A stretch of DNA of 64,000 nucleotides from an uncultured Chloroflexia bacterium. GTDB taxonomy: Bacteria; Chloroflexota; Anaerolineae; Anaerolineales; Anaerolineaceae. The position numbers and the translations under genes are program-made. Each line of letters opens with the position of its first letter. Positions within the stretch are counted from its first letter, which is position 1. This document shows, in pieces, positions 19,752 to 28,850 of the stretch. A model generated the notes under the pieces. The model was not told the origin of the DNA and did not search any database. It was given only the letters and a program-made list of their open reading frames with translations. The stretch spans positions 32,025 to 96,024 of the forward strand of contig CAVUGP010000004.1 in the NCBI GenBank assembly GCA_963741015.1. The letters are read 5' to 3'.

Positions 19752-21311
19752 CTACAAATTATCAGAATGCCTTTTTCGCCGATCTAACACCCAGCCACCA
19801 GCCAGTACACCCAGACTGATGACCACGATCAGCACGATCATCACCGGAAATTCCAGCCTCGGTATCGTTGACAAATAGCGGCTGAGATACCACTCGCTGA
19901 AAAACGCCAGGAAGATTCCTTCGACGATCAACCCGCGTACCAACCAACGGTCTTTATGCTGAAATGCATACTGCACCCCCCATCCGGCCAGAAGCGCCAT
20001 CCACGGCAGAAAGATCGTCCGGTAGCGAGGGTTATCCCACTGGTCTCCTCCGGCACGGGCAGATGCGATCAGGATCCAGAGCCAAACAACCGTCAGGAAG
20101 ACAGCCAGCCAGCGTCGTCTTTCAGCGCTTTCGGCTTTCCCAACCCGGAAGATGGCATAGATCAACAGCGGCAGCAGGGCGTACCAACCCACTGCCCGTA
20201 AGATCCCGATACTTTTCCAGATCAAAGGCGCTGGAGCAGCGATAGCCGCAGGCAGGACGGGCTGGAACACGCCATACCCGAGGAGAAATGTGAACTGCTG
20301 CCAGTTGGGTAATTTTTCCAACAGAAATTGAAGCACACCGGATTGTTCGATCGCCAGGTGTGCATCCCAACGAAAAACCTCGTCAAGCCAGGGTTTGAAA
20401 AACGCCAGGCTTCCCAATGCAGCCAGACCGATCACAGCCCATCCGAGGACCTTCTGCCAGGTTTTCTTCAGGTTTCCAGCTTCAACCACCCATACCCAAA
20501 TAAAGATGGCGCCTAAACTGGGAATGGCAACCCGGTAGGAAAACAGCAGAAAGATTACCGTATCCAAGGCAAAGACCGGCAGAGCTACTTTCAACCTTGC
20601 CCGGTCCAGCCAGTGCGCGGCTGCCCAGAAAAGGATGCAGATCATCAGGATAAAGAATGGCTCACGCATCTGGGCTGCACCAAGCAGCAGTCCTTCCGGA
20701 TACAGCGCGATGATCCAGCCCGCCCAGCGGGCGGTACGCTCTGAGAACTTCCACCGGATGGTGACCATCAGGATCGGGATACTGAGGGTCATGGCCGCTG
20801 CTGAAAGGATGGCAACCAACCCGGGACGGAACGCGTCCGGGCTAAGCACCCGATAGACCAGCACGCTCATTGCCATCATCCCGCCGTACTGGTCGGTGCC
20901 ATACTCATCATTAAATGCGTTCTTCAACGGCTGCTCAGATTGTGCCAATGTCCAGGCGTTCTCTTCCCGCCGGTAAGCATCTTCAAAGACAAATCCTGCC
21001 CGTTGAGGACTTTCATCATAACCAAAGATTGGTAAGCCCCAGATCAGAAAAGCGCTCAAAACAAGGCGCAGCATAAAGGCCAGCACCATCATCCAGGCCA
21101 GGGTTTTACCGGCACCCGCCCAATGCCAGGTGAGCAGCATCAGGAATCCAATAATGAAGATCAGGATCGAAGCGGCAATAAAACCAGGGAGGAACTTACC
21201 ACTGCCCGTCACACCTTGAAACACCACCCCCAGGACCAGGCTTGCTGCAGCAATCAATGCCAGGTAATGTTCAAAGCCCCAATTTCGAGTAGTATTTTTC
21301 ATTTTAAACAT
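19752..21311 (-). CDS. polytopic integral membrane protein (possible GT-C-type glycosyltransferase)
   Basis: 519-aa ORF with many hydrophobic helices and a loop reading YDESPQRAGFVFEDAYRREENAW. Tightly packed in the operon. Confidence 0.5.
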   Translation of the reverse strand: MFKMKNTTRNWGFEHYLALIAAASLVLGVVFQGVTGSGKFLPGFIAASILIFIIGFLMLLTWHWAGAGKTLAWMMVLAFMLRLVLSAFLIWGLPIFGYDESPQRAGFVFEDAYRREENAWTLAQSEQPLKNAFNDEYGTDQYGGMMAMSVLVYRVLSPDAFRPGLVAILSAAAMTLSIPILMVTIRWKFSERTARWAGWIIALYPEGLLLGAAQMREPFFILMICILFWAAAHWLDRARLKVALPVFALDTVIFLLFSYRVAIPSLGAIFIWVWVVEAGNLKKTWQKVLGWAVIGLAALGSLAFFKPWLDEVFRWDAHLAIEQSGVLQFLLEKLPNWQQFTFLLGYGVFQPVLPAAIAAPAPLIWKSIGILRAVGWYALLPLLIYAIFRVGKAESAERRRWLAVFLTVVWLWILIASARAGGDQWDNPRYRTIFLPWMALLAGWGVQYAFQHKDRWLVRGLIVEGIFLAFFSEWYLSRYLSTIPRLEFPVMIVLIVVISLGVLAGGWVLDRRKRHSDNL

Positions 21312-22656
21312 GCTCCTCGACTTGTTTAACCTTGCGATGGGCTTGCCAAAACTGCCATGATGTCAATCCAATCCAGAGTACCCAGAATACGACCACGCTT
21401 TGCAGAGGGACCAGAAAACGGGGGTTATCGCCGTGGTCCAGTATGGAAGAAAGGATAGAAGTTGCCCAAACCGATCCCGCCAGGAACCAGTGAAATGGTA
21501 TCAGTTTCCAGATCTTCCGCAGTTTCTTTGAAAACAGCGCAGCAGCGGAGGTGATGATGAAAACCATATTCGAAAGGAACAACAGCCCGCGGACGCCTAA
21601 AATGCCAACCCGCAGGATTTCAGCCAACGGAGGCGAAGTTACCGCGCCAATGTCCCAATAGACCGGTGCCCGCCAGAACAGCCACCATCCCAGCAAAACT
21701 TTGGATAAATATTGCCAGGGATGGGTCAGGATCAGGTCAACGGAGATATTTTGCAGGATTCGGGAGAGTTCATAAAAACTGTAGCCGGTACCGGACATGA
21801 TCGCCGGGATGGCGTCCCAAATGGTATTGCCCTGGGTGCCATACTTTTCAATCCGGGCATCTCGAAATTGCAGATAGATATCGCGGATGTCACCGAATTT
21901 ATCCGGGACATCTTCAAAATAATAACCGGTATGCTGGACGAGATGGTAGCCCGTCATTGCTGAGAGGCTGAAGACGTGAAAATGGATTTTAATGAAAGTC
22001 ATCCAGCCCCCGATCAGCAAAACTGCCACCAGCAGAATGCTGACCAGCGGTTTCCAATTCACTTTTAATTTTTTGCCTTCAAACGAAACGGCAAGGAATA
22101 AAGCCAGCCAGACCGGCATAAAGATGAATACCGGCCGGGTCACCACCGCAAGAGCGGCAGTCAGCCCGATCCCCAACCCCAGCCAGATCTTGCGGTATTT
22201 TGCGGAATCCAGCCAAAACCAGGCGCCCAACAGCGATAACATCAACCAGAAAGTGCAGAGTGTTTCCGTAAGCAGGTTGGCTTCAAAAAGCAGCTGCCCG
22301 GGGTTGAGCGTATGGGCCAGGGCAGCCAGGCCGCCAAACCAGGGTAACCCGCTGGCTTTCCAGCCGATCAGGAACCAGGCCAAAGTTATCCCCAGGCCCA
22401 GCACAAGTTGGGCAATGTAAACCGCCTTGTCGGGACCCAGAAGTGCCATGAATGCCGGATATCCAGGAGTGCGAGTGCCATCGTAGTTTGCAAAACCACC
22501 CAGGACCGCCTCCGCCGACCGCCGGTAGCTGTTCGTGTCGCTGTAGGAAACCGGCGGGTAAGTCAGGAATAACAGCACCCTGAGGCTCACTGCAATCACC
22601 AATACCAATATCAGCCAGAAACGCAGGTTCTTTTTTTTGCTGGTGTCCATAATCAC
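21304..22656 (-). CDS. polytopic membrane protein, GT-C (PMT/ArnT, GT39/83-like) glycosyltransferase candidate
   Basis: 450 aa. After the first TM helix comes a loop with YSDTNSYRRSAEAV, then many helices, as in polyprenyl-phosphate-sugar-dependent GT-C enzymes. Overlaps both neighbours (8 nt and 4 nt). Confidence 0.55.
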   Translation of the reverse strand: MIMDTSKKKNLRFWLILVLVIAVSLRVLLFLTYPPVSYSDTNSYRRSAEAVLGGFANYDGTRTPGYPAFMALLGPDKAVYIAQLVLGLGITLAWFLIGWKASGLPWFGGLAALAHTLNPGQLLFEANLLTETLCTFWLMLSLLGAWFWLDSAKYRKIWLGLGIGLTAALAVVTRPVFIFMPVWLALFLAVSFEGKKLKVNWKPLVSILLVAVLLIGGWMTFIKIHFHVFSLSAMTGYHLVQHTGYYFEDVPDKFGDIRDIYLQFRDARIEKYGTQGNTIWDAIPAIMSGTGYSFYELSRILQNISVDLILTHPWQYLSKVLLGWWLFWRAPVYWDIGAVTSPPLAEILRVGILGVRGLLFLSNMVFIITSAAALFSKKLRKIWKLIPFHWFLAGSVWATSILSSILDHGDNPRFLVPLQSVVVFWVLWIGLTSWQFWQAHRKVKQVEEHV

Positions 22657-23804
22657 TTTGCTCGATTCATTTCCTGAACGGATTTAAACCCGGACAATGC
22701 TCGTTCAGCTCGTGCCTGCCAGGTATATGCCTGGACAGCTTTCAAGGATGCAGCAGCCAATGACTCCCGCCGGACTTGGTCTTCTTGCAGTCCCAGAAGG
22801 GCTTTTTCCCAGGCGTGAAAATCCTCCGGTGGGCAGAAAACCGCCATGTCTTCATTTAATACTTCATGGATCACAGGCAAGTCGCTGCTAAGGATCGGCC
22901 TTCCCGCAGCCATGTATTCAAACATCTTCATCGGGCTGGCTATCTCAACGGAATTCCCGCCGCCGCTGCCGGCAATCCTGTTGCCATAGGGCATCAGGAG
23001 GACATCCGCGGCTGCCTGATATCGCGGCAGGATGGCATTATCCACAAATCCGGTCAGGGTGACGTTATTGATGCCTTCCGCCTTAAGTCGGTCTTTCCAA
23101 TACGCAACATCCTGCGCCTGTCCGCCCACCCACAGGAACCGAATATCCGGCAGCGCTTTGGCAAGCGCCAGCATCAGGGGCATCCCTCGGCCGGCATAAA
23201 AATGTCCGGTATATCCCGCAGTGAAACCCTGCGGCAAACCCAGTTTTTCGCGGGCTTTCTCAGGCGAGGGCAAATCCCGATATCGCTCCAGTTCCACGCC
23301 GTTAGGCGCAGTCAGGATCTGGTCAGGTTCAGGAGAGAGATGAAATTCATCAACCAGGACCTTGCGTAATGCAGCCGTATTGGTCAGCAGCCGATGAAGG
23401 GCATGTGAGCGCCAGAACCGTTTGAACAACCAGGGCCCCAACCGGCCGGTCACCCGGTCATGCAGTTCCAGGATCGTTGGGATCCCGCGGCCAAGAGAAA
23501 GGACGGCTGTCTGCAGGACCCAGGTATAGACCAGATCGGGCGACAGTTGACGCGCCCGTTGGACCGCCTTGAAGGCGTAATCGTATCTTCGGAATGTCAG
23601 ATTTTCAGGAATCCATTCGACATCAAACTGCTGCCGAAGACCATAAAAGCTCTGCAGGTTGTTCCAATTCGTCTTCTCTTCGCCGGGGACCAATAAAGTC
23701 ACCGAATGTCCCAATTCTGCCAGGGCGTGGGTCGTTTTCATGACCTGGATGCTGTTGGCGGTATTTGAAGGGACAAAAGAGGCGGCAATACAAACAATCT
23801 TCAT
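22653..23804 (-). CDS. GT4 (GT-B fold) glycosyltransferase, first gene of the minus-strand locus
   Basis: MKIVCIAASFVPSNTANSIQVMKTTHALAELGH and the C-terminal E..MKMFEYMAAGRPILSSDLP (EX7E-like) motif. Confidence 0.8.
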   Translation of the reverse strand: MKIVCIAASFVPSNTANSIQVMKTTHALAELGHSVTLLVPGEEKTNWNNLQSFYGLRQQFDVEWIPENLTFRRYDYAFKAVQRARQLSPDLVYTWVLQTAVLSLGRGIPTILELHDRVTGRLGPWLFKRFWRSHALHRLLTNTAALRKVLVDEFHLSPEPDQILTAPNGVELERYRDLPSPEKAREKLGLPQGFTAGYTGHFYAGRGMPLMLALAKALPDIRFLWVGGQAQDVAYWKDRLKAEGINNVTLTGFVDNAILPRYQAAADVLLMPYGNRIAGSGGGNSVEIASPMKMFEYMAAGRPILSSDLPVIHEVLNEDMAVFCPPEDFHAWEKALLGLQEDQVRRESLAAASLKAVQAYTWQARAERALSGFKSVQEMNRAK

Positions 23805-23896
23805 AAGGTTTATTTAATCAAAGGAAATCACCTGGTGGAATCGCACGTTGGAATCTCAATCGACTGCATTTATACCACAGGACAGCCCATCCCGCT

Positions 23897-24134
23897 TCAC
23901 CGCTCGCAGCCGTTACCATTACCATCGGCATCCAGGTGAGTAGAGGCGGGCCAAACCACTTTGAAACTGGAAACCGGAAATCCTCACAGTTCAGGGCCGG
24001 GAGACCGGTTTGAATGCAGACTTCAGGATAAGCGGGGTCGCATTCTTCCCGGCGCTTTTGAAAGACAAACGGTTTCGGAAAGGCTAAGTTGATTGCTGAA
24101 AGCAACATCAAAATCAAAAAGCGCTAATGTTCAT
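23897..24134 (-). pseudogene. small secreted Cys-motif protein (CDPAYP...GCE, excalibur-like C-terminus) with two 1-nt frame breaks
   Basis: Joining three frames gives MNISAFLILMLLSAINLAFPKPFVFQKRREECDPAYPEVCIQTGLPALNCEDFRFSSFKVVWPASTHLDADGNGNGCER (79 aa). This matches the remembered pattern CDPSYP.VCIP...LDC.D....F.V...DPH.fD.DGDG.GCE. Breaks are at the A5 run 24116..24120 and near 23971..23973. Confidence 0.5.
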
Positions 24135-24379
24135 CTGGATATCCTGCAGCCGCCGGGTCCGGCAATGAGCCGGAATATTGAACAACCAGGTGAACACCCC
24201 GTCCAGATCAGCATCAGGACCAAACGGATCGCGGACACCGTAGATCTTCTGTAATATATTTGTAAAAACAATTTTACCGGGCATTTCATTAACCTGAGAC
24301 TCAAATTTTTGAAGTAGAATTAATATCCTCAAATGGGTTGGCGTGTTATTGAAAATAATTAAAATTTAGGATCGGCAAT

Positions 24380-25306
24380 GTGAAAGCTCAAGAAAAAAAC
24401 ACGAAACCTTTGATGCGATTGTCCTTTGAACCGCTGTTGACCCGGTTTGCGATGTTAATTGGGAGAGTGCTTCCCAGGTCATGGGGCCTCCGGTTGGCAT
24501 CGGGTGTTGGGAATATCCTTGGAAGCCTGAAAAAGAATAAGATGGTGAAGGCGATCCGGGCTAACCAGTACGTGATCCACAACCAGCAGATGTCAAATGA
24601 AGAACTGGATCAGGCGCCAAAGATCATTTTCAGGTCAGCAGCGAAATGCATGTTTGATTATTTTCACTTTCTCCGTCGACCGGAAATACTGCAGGAGATC
24701 ATCAGTTTCGACCCGGAAGCTCAGGCCGCCATTACAAGGATCCAGAGTCATCAACCAACGGTGGTCGTCTGTCCCCATCTCAGTAATTTTGAACTGATGG
24801 GATATGCTCTGGCTCTGCAAGGGGTCAAAGTGCAGGTGCTCTCTTTTCCGAACCCTAACACTTCCTACCGGTTGCAGAACCGGCTGCGCGAGGCGACAGG
24901 CCTGGACATCACGCCGATGGATTTGTCGGCTTTCCGGGAAGCCCGTCACCGTCTGCGGGATGGTGGGAGCATCCTGACCGGCCTGGACCGACCTCTGGAT
25001 AACGTGAAGGAAGAGAAGTACCGGCCGCGGTTTTTCAGATATCCGACCAATCTGCCGGTAGCCTATGTACGAATGGCATTGGAAGCCAATGCACCGGTCT
25101 TTATCCTGGCGGCAACCTCGCAGCCCGATGGGACCTATCGCCTGGTGGGATCTCCACCAATCTGGATGGAAGCTTCCAATATTTTGGAGGATGAGATCCT
25201 CCAAAACGCGGAAAAGGTTCTTCGACTCGCAGAACCCATGATCATCAATCACGCCCGACAATGGGCGATGTTCTACCCAATCTGGCCTCAATTCCTTGGC
25301 ATCTGA
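24380..25306 (+). CDS. lysophospholipid/lipid A-type acyltransferase (LpxL/HtrB/PatA family)
   Basis: 308 aa. CPHLSNFELMG (HX4E acyltransferase motif). GTG start in the ORF track; the ATG at 24413 is an alternative. Confidence 0.65.
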   Translation: MKAQEKNTKPLMRLSFEPLLTRFAMLIGRVLPRSWGLRLASGVGNILGSLKKNKMVKAIRANQYVIHNQQMSNEELDQAPKIIFRSAAKCMFDYFHFLRRPEILQEIISFDPEAQAAITRIQSHQPTVVVCPHLSNFELMGYALALQGVKVQVLSFPNPNTSYRLQNRLREATGLDITPMDLSAFREARHRLRDGGSILTGLDRPLDNVKEEKYRPRFFRYPTNLPVAYVRMALEANAPVFILAATSQPDGTYRLVGSPPIWMEASNILEDEILQNAEKVLRLAEPMIINHARQWAMFYPIWPQFLGI

Positions 25307-25330
25307 TCGGACTCAAAGAAAGGCTTTAAA

Positions 25331-26095
25331 ATGACCAAAGTTGAAAATCACAAAAGAGAAAATGACATCCTGCTTGGTTTTCTCGAACGACCGGCACTCG
25401 CCTGGCTGGCAAAGAATATGCCGTCCTGGGTCACGCCGGATACATTGACTTACCTTGGAATCGCGGCTTCGGTCCTGATCTTTGTCAGTTACGCCCTCAC
25501 CAACATCAGCCCCCACTTCCTGTGGCTGGCAAGTTTCGGTTTTCTACTGAACTGGCTCGGTGACAGCCTGGACGGCACCCTGGCGCGCTACCGTCATATC
25601 GAACGGCCGCGCTTCGGCTTCCTGATCGATCACTGGGTGGATGCGATCAGCGCTGTGTTGATCTTCCTCGGCCTGGGTCTTTCACCCTATGTCGATCTGA
25701 CGGTCGCCAGCATGGGCGTGATCGCTTATTTGCTCCTTTCGATCATGGTCTACCTGATTACTTATGTGACCGGTGTGTTCACAATCACCAGTGCCAAGAT
25801 CGGTCCGACTGAGATCCGGGTGCTGGCCGTGATCCTCAATACAGCGATGTTCATCATCGGTAACCCCACTTTCAACCTGCCATATTTCGGTGCGACCAGC
25901 CTGTATACCCTGTTTGTTGGACTGCTGTCGGTTGCAATGGTGATTTATTTCCTGGTCAATACCAGCATCCAGGCTCGTCGCCTGGCGCTTCTGGACGATA
26001 AACGCCTGGAACGCAAACAGGCCAAGCAGAAAACCGAACAGGAAGCTCAAAAGAAACCCGCCAACAAGGTAAGCCCGTCTGCCAGTAAGGGTTAG
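25331..26095 (+). CDS. CDP-alcohol phosphatidyltransferase family protein
   Basis: GDSLDGTLARYRHIERPRFGFLIDHWVDAIS, a DGxxAR...GxxxDxxxD motif, in a polytopic protein of 254 aa. Confidence 0.8.
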   Translation: MTKVENHKRENDILLGFLERPALAWLAKNMPSWVTPDTLTYLGIAASVLIFVSYALTNISPHFLWLASFGFLLNWLGDSLDGTLARYRHIERPRFGFLIDHWVDAISAVLIFLGLGLSPYVDLTVASMGVIAYLLLSIMVYLITYVTGVFTITSAKIGPTEIRVLAVILNTAMFIIGNPTFNLPYFGATSLYTLFVGLLSVAMVIYFLVNTSIQARRLALLDDKRLERKQAKQKTEQEAQKKPANKVSPSASKG

Positions 26096-26142
26096 GGCTG
26101 ATGTTGATCCTTTCCTAAAAAGCCGGATGTTATAATCACCCC

Positions 26143-27384
26143 ATGATCAAACTGCTTCATTTCGCCGACGCACATATCGACATGGCCAATTTCGGCCGCC
26201 ACGACCCGGAATCGGGCCTGCCGATGCGGGTAATGGATTTCCTCAAATCCCTGGACGAGATCGTTCAGGCAGCCATCGACGAAAAAGTGGACCTGGTGAT
26301 CTTCGCCGGGGATGCCTATAAAGACCGCTCGCCTGCGCCCACCTTTCAACGGGAGTGGGACCAGCGCATCATGCGGCTTTCTCGGGCAGGCATCCTCACC
26401 CTCCTGCTGACCGGCAACCACGACATCTCCCCTTCCACCGGCCGCGCCCATGCCATCCAGGAATTTGAATCGCTGGATGTGCCCCATGTACGGGTACTCA
26501 ACACCCCTCAATTTCTCAACCCTGATGATCTGGAAGGTCTGCCCGTTCAGGTGCTGGCCTTACCCTGGATTTCCCGATCCGGGATGATGGCGAACCTGGA
26601 ATTGAGCGGCCTTGAGTCAAATGAAATTTATGACCAACTCGGAGAACGGCTGGGTGACCTCGTGCAAAACTGGCTGGCGGATGCTGACCCGGACCTTCCG
26701 GTAATACTGACTGCACATGCCTCGGTTGAAGGTGCCCAATATGGCAACGAGCGGATGGTAATGCTGGGCACCGACCTTGTCCTGCCCCCGGCCCTGGTCA
26801 AAGATGAACGCCTGGATTACGTCGCCCTCGGGCATATCCATAAACCCCAGAATTTAAATGAAAACCATCACCCTCCTGTGATCTACCCCGGTTCGATTGA
26901 ACGGGTGGATTTCGGTGAGGTGAACGATGAAAAATTCTTCATCGTTGCGGAAATCGAAAAAGGGAAATCAATAGTTTCCTGGCGGAAGCTGGCTCATATT
27001 CGTCCTTTCATTGACCTTTACTACAAGCTTGAATCAGATGAAGCGGTCAACCCGAAGCTGCAGGAAGCACTGAATGCAAAAGGGGACCTGACGGATGCGG
27101 TCGTGCGGATGGTGATCGAATATCCCCGAGAATGGGAAGTCTTGATCGATGAAACCAGCCTGCGTGCGCTGGCTTCAACGGCATTTGAATTCCATCTGGT
27201 TAAACGGCCTCAGATGCAAGCCCGAGTGCGGCTCCCCGAAGGACGCGCCGCCAGCAGCATGGGCGCAATTGAACTGCTGGATATTTACTGGGCTGCCGGC
27301 AGCAGTGAGATAACCGCAGAGAAGAAAGAGTCCCTGGACCGGCTTGCCAAATCCATCATCGATGAAGTGGAAACCAGCGACTGA
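26143..27384 (+). CDS. SbcD/Mre11-type metallophosphoesterase nuclease
   Basis: LLHFADAHID, FAGDAYKD, LTGNHD and GHIH motifs in canonical order. 413 aa. Confidence 0.7.
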   Translation: MIKLLHFADAHIDMANFGRHDPESGLPMRVMDFLKSLDEIVQAAIDEKVDLVIFAGDAYKDRSPAPTFQREWDQRIMRLSRAGILTLLLTGNHDISPSTGRAHAIQEFESLDVPHVRVLNTPQFLNPDDLEGLPVQVLALPWISRSGMMANLELSGLESNEIYDQLGERLGDLVQNWLADADPDLPVILTAHASVEGAQYGNERMVMLGTDLVLPPALVKDERLDYVALGHIHKPQNLNENHHPPVIYPGSIERVDFGEVNDEKFFIVAEIEKGKSIVSWRKLAHIRPFIDLYYKLESDEAVNPKLQEALNAKGDLTDAVVRMVIEYPREWEVLIDETSLRALASTAFEFHLVKRPQMQARVRLPEGRAASSMGAIELLDIYWAAGSSEITAEKKESLDRLAKSIIDEVETSD

Positions 27385-27426
27385 ACGAGATATTACTGTC
27401 CTTGACAATAGTCAAGACTCTCCTGC

Positions 27427-27455
27427 TTGACACCCGGCTTGTTTTTCCGTATAAT
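27427..27455 (+). promoter_or_regulatory. consensus sigma70-type promoter upstream of tRNA-Asn
   Basis: TTGACA (27427..27432), a 17-nt spacer, then TATAAT (27450..27455). The tRNA starts 12 nt downstream. Confidence 0.6.
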
Positions 27456-27466
27456 TTCGTACGCAT

Positions 27467-27539
27467 TCCTCGATAGCTCAATTGGCAGAGCGAACGGCTG
27501 TTAACCGCTAGGTTCCAGGTTCGAGTCCTGGTCGAGGAG
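27467..27539 (+). tRNA. tRNA-Asn (anticodon GTT)
   Basis: Hand-folded cloverleaf. Acceptor tcctcga/tcgagga, T arm ccagg-ttcgagt-cctgg, anticodon loop ctGTTaa, discriminator G. One A-C mismatch in the anticodon stem. No encoded CCA. Followed by a T-run. Confidence 0.9.
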
Positions 27540-27689
27540 TTTTTTTATTTAATTACTTCAACACATGACCCCAGTTCCAACACTATATTTTTTGGTTGAT
27601 TTTCAAATCTATTCGCATTATCCCAATCAATAATCAACAAATTAACGGTAAAATACAAGTATCATTATCAATTTCTGCAGGGGTGTTCT

Positions 27690-28532
27690 ATGGAATCAGC
27701 GGACAAACTTCTTAGGTTCATTAAGAAATGGGTCAACGAGGAAGACAACATCCGGGTTGCTATCCTGATTGGGTCACGCGCCCAAAAAACGAAACCAGAC
27801 CGACTGGCGGGGATCGATCTGGATATTTTCGCTGCCAATCCTGCGGACCTGGTCGAAAACAACGCCTGGATGAAAGATTTCGAAGATCCGTGGCTGACCA
27901 AACTGACTTATGATTTGGACCTGATCCTTTGGAATGCGGTCTATGAGGATGGTTTTCTGCTGGCTTTTTACATTCAGCCCCTGGCCGTTCTGGAAGCCAT
28001 TCAAAAAACACTTCCACCTTATTATTTGCCGCAATATAAGGTCCTGATCGACAAAGACCATCTGACGGATGATTTCCCCAAGCCACAGCCTTCCCTCAGC
28101 CATCCTGAAAAACCCACTCCTGAAGTTTTCACTGACGTCCTGCAGCAATTCTGGCTGGACGCCTATTACACGGCCCGCTACCTCTGGCGGGGCGAACTCT
28201 GGCGGACCAAACATTATGATTGGGAACTCAAACAAAACCTGCTGCTCATGTTGGGCTGGCACGCCACCCTGGTCCATAACAAAACTTTCTTCAGTGCTCA
28301 CGAAGGCGATCACCTCAGTGAATGGGTCGATCCGGACACCTATACCTCGTTGATGCCGACTTTTGGACGGTTTTACCCGGCGGATGCCTGGCGCGCGCTG
28401 GAAGAAACGGTCAAGGTTTTCACACAGCTTTCCAGAGAGGTCGCGCAGGTCATCGGCGTGGATTACCCTGGGCAATGGGAAGAAAAATTTATGGCCCTCG
28501 AAGAGGACCTCAAAGCCAATCCGAAACAGTGA
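27690..28532 (+). CDS. aminoglycoside 6-nucleotidyltransferase (ANT(6)/AadK)-family protein
   Basis: 280 aa. The architecture matches remembered AadK: an N-terminal IRVAILIGSRA...DxD nucleotidyltransferase core, then PTPEVFTDVLQQFWLDAYYTARYLWRGELW helical domain. Confidence 0.6.
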   Translation: MESADKLLRFIKKWVNEEDNIRVAILIGSRAQKTKPDRLAGIDLDIFAANPADLVENNAWMKDFEDPWLTKLTYDLDLILWNAVYEDGFLLAFYIQPLAVLEAIQKTLPPYYLPQYKVLIDKDHLTDDFPKPQPSLSHPEKPTPEVFTDVLQQFWLDAYYTARYLWRGELWRTKHYDWELKQNLLLMLGWHATLVHNKTFFSAHEGDHLSEWVDPDTYTSLMPTFGRFYPADAWRALEETVKVFTQLSREVAQVIGVDYPGQWEEKFMALEEDLKANPKQ

Positions 28533-28850
28533 AAAATAAGCGGATTTAGCCCTTCCCCTGAAAGTGAATTATGATATAATTTTTCAGGCGCAGCCGAAAG
28601 GTTTCGCTTTAAAATATGAATTTTCCCTTCACCCCTGGTTTACGCCGGCCGGGGGTGTTTGCGATTAATAAACAATTACCTCCCGTCATCCCCCCGCATG
28701 CAGGGGGAAATCACTTTCCTGGCTTCATCCTTCATCTCCTATCCCTAATACCCGTGGTCCATCCCAATACCTAAACCCTATTCACTATTCAAGTACCAGT
28801 CACATTTCACCCAGCTCCCTTGACTTTGCTTTTCCCAGGGAATACACTTC

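Noticed and set aside
24114-24332. 72-aa ORF (MRILILLQKFES...) treated as a separate gene upstream of the small secreted protein.
   Set aside because: Only its last codons (MNISAF) make sense, as the start of the signal peptide of the reconstructed 23897..24134 gene. The rest has no RBS context or motif and lies in the divergent promoter region.
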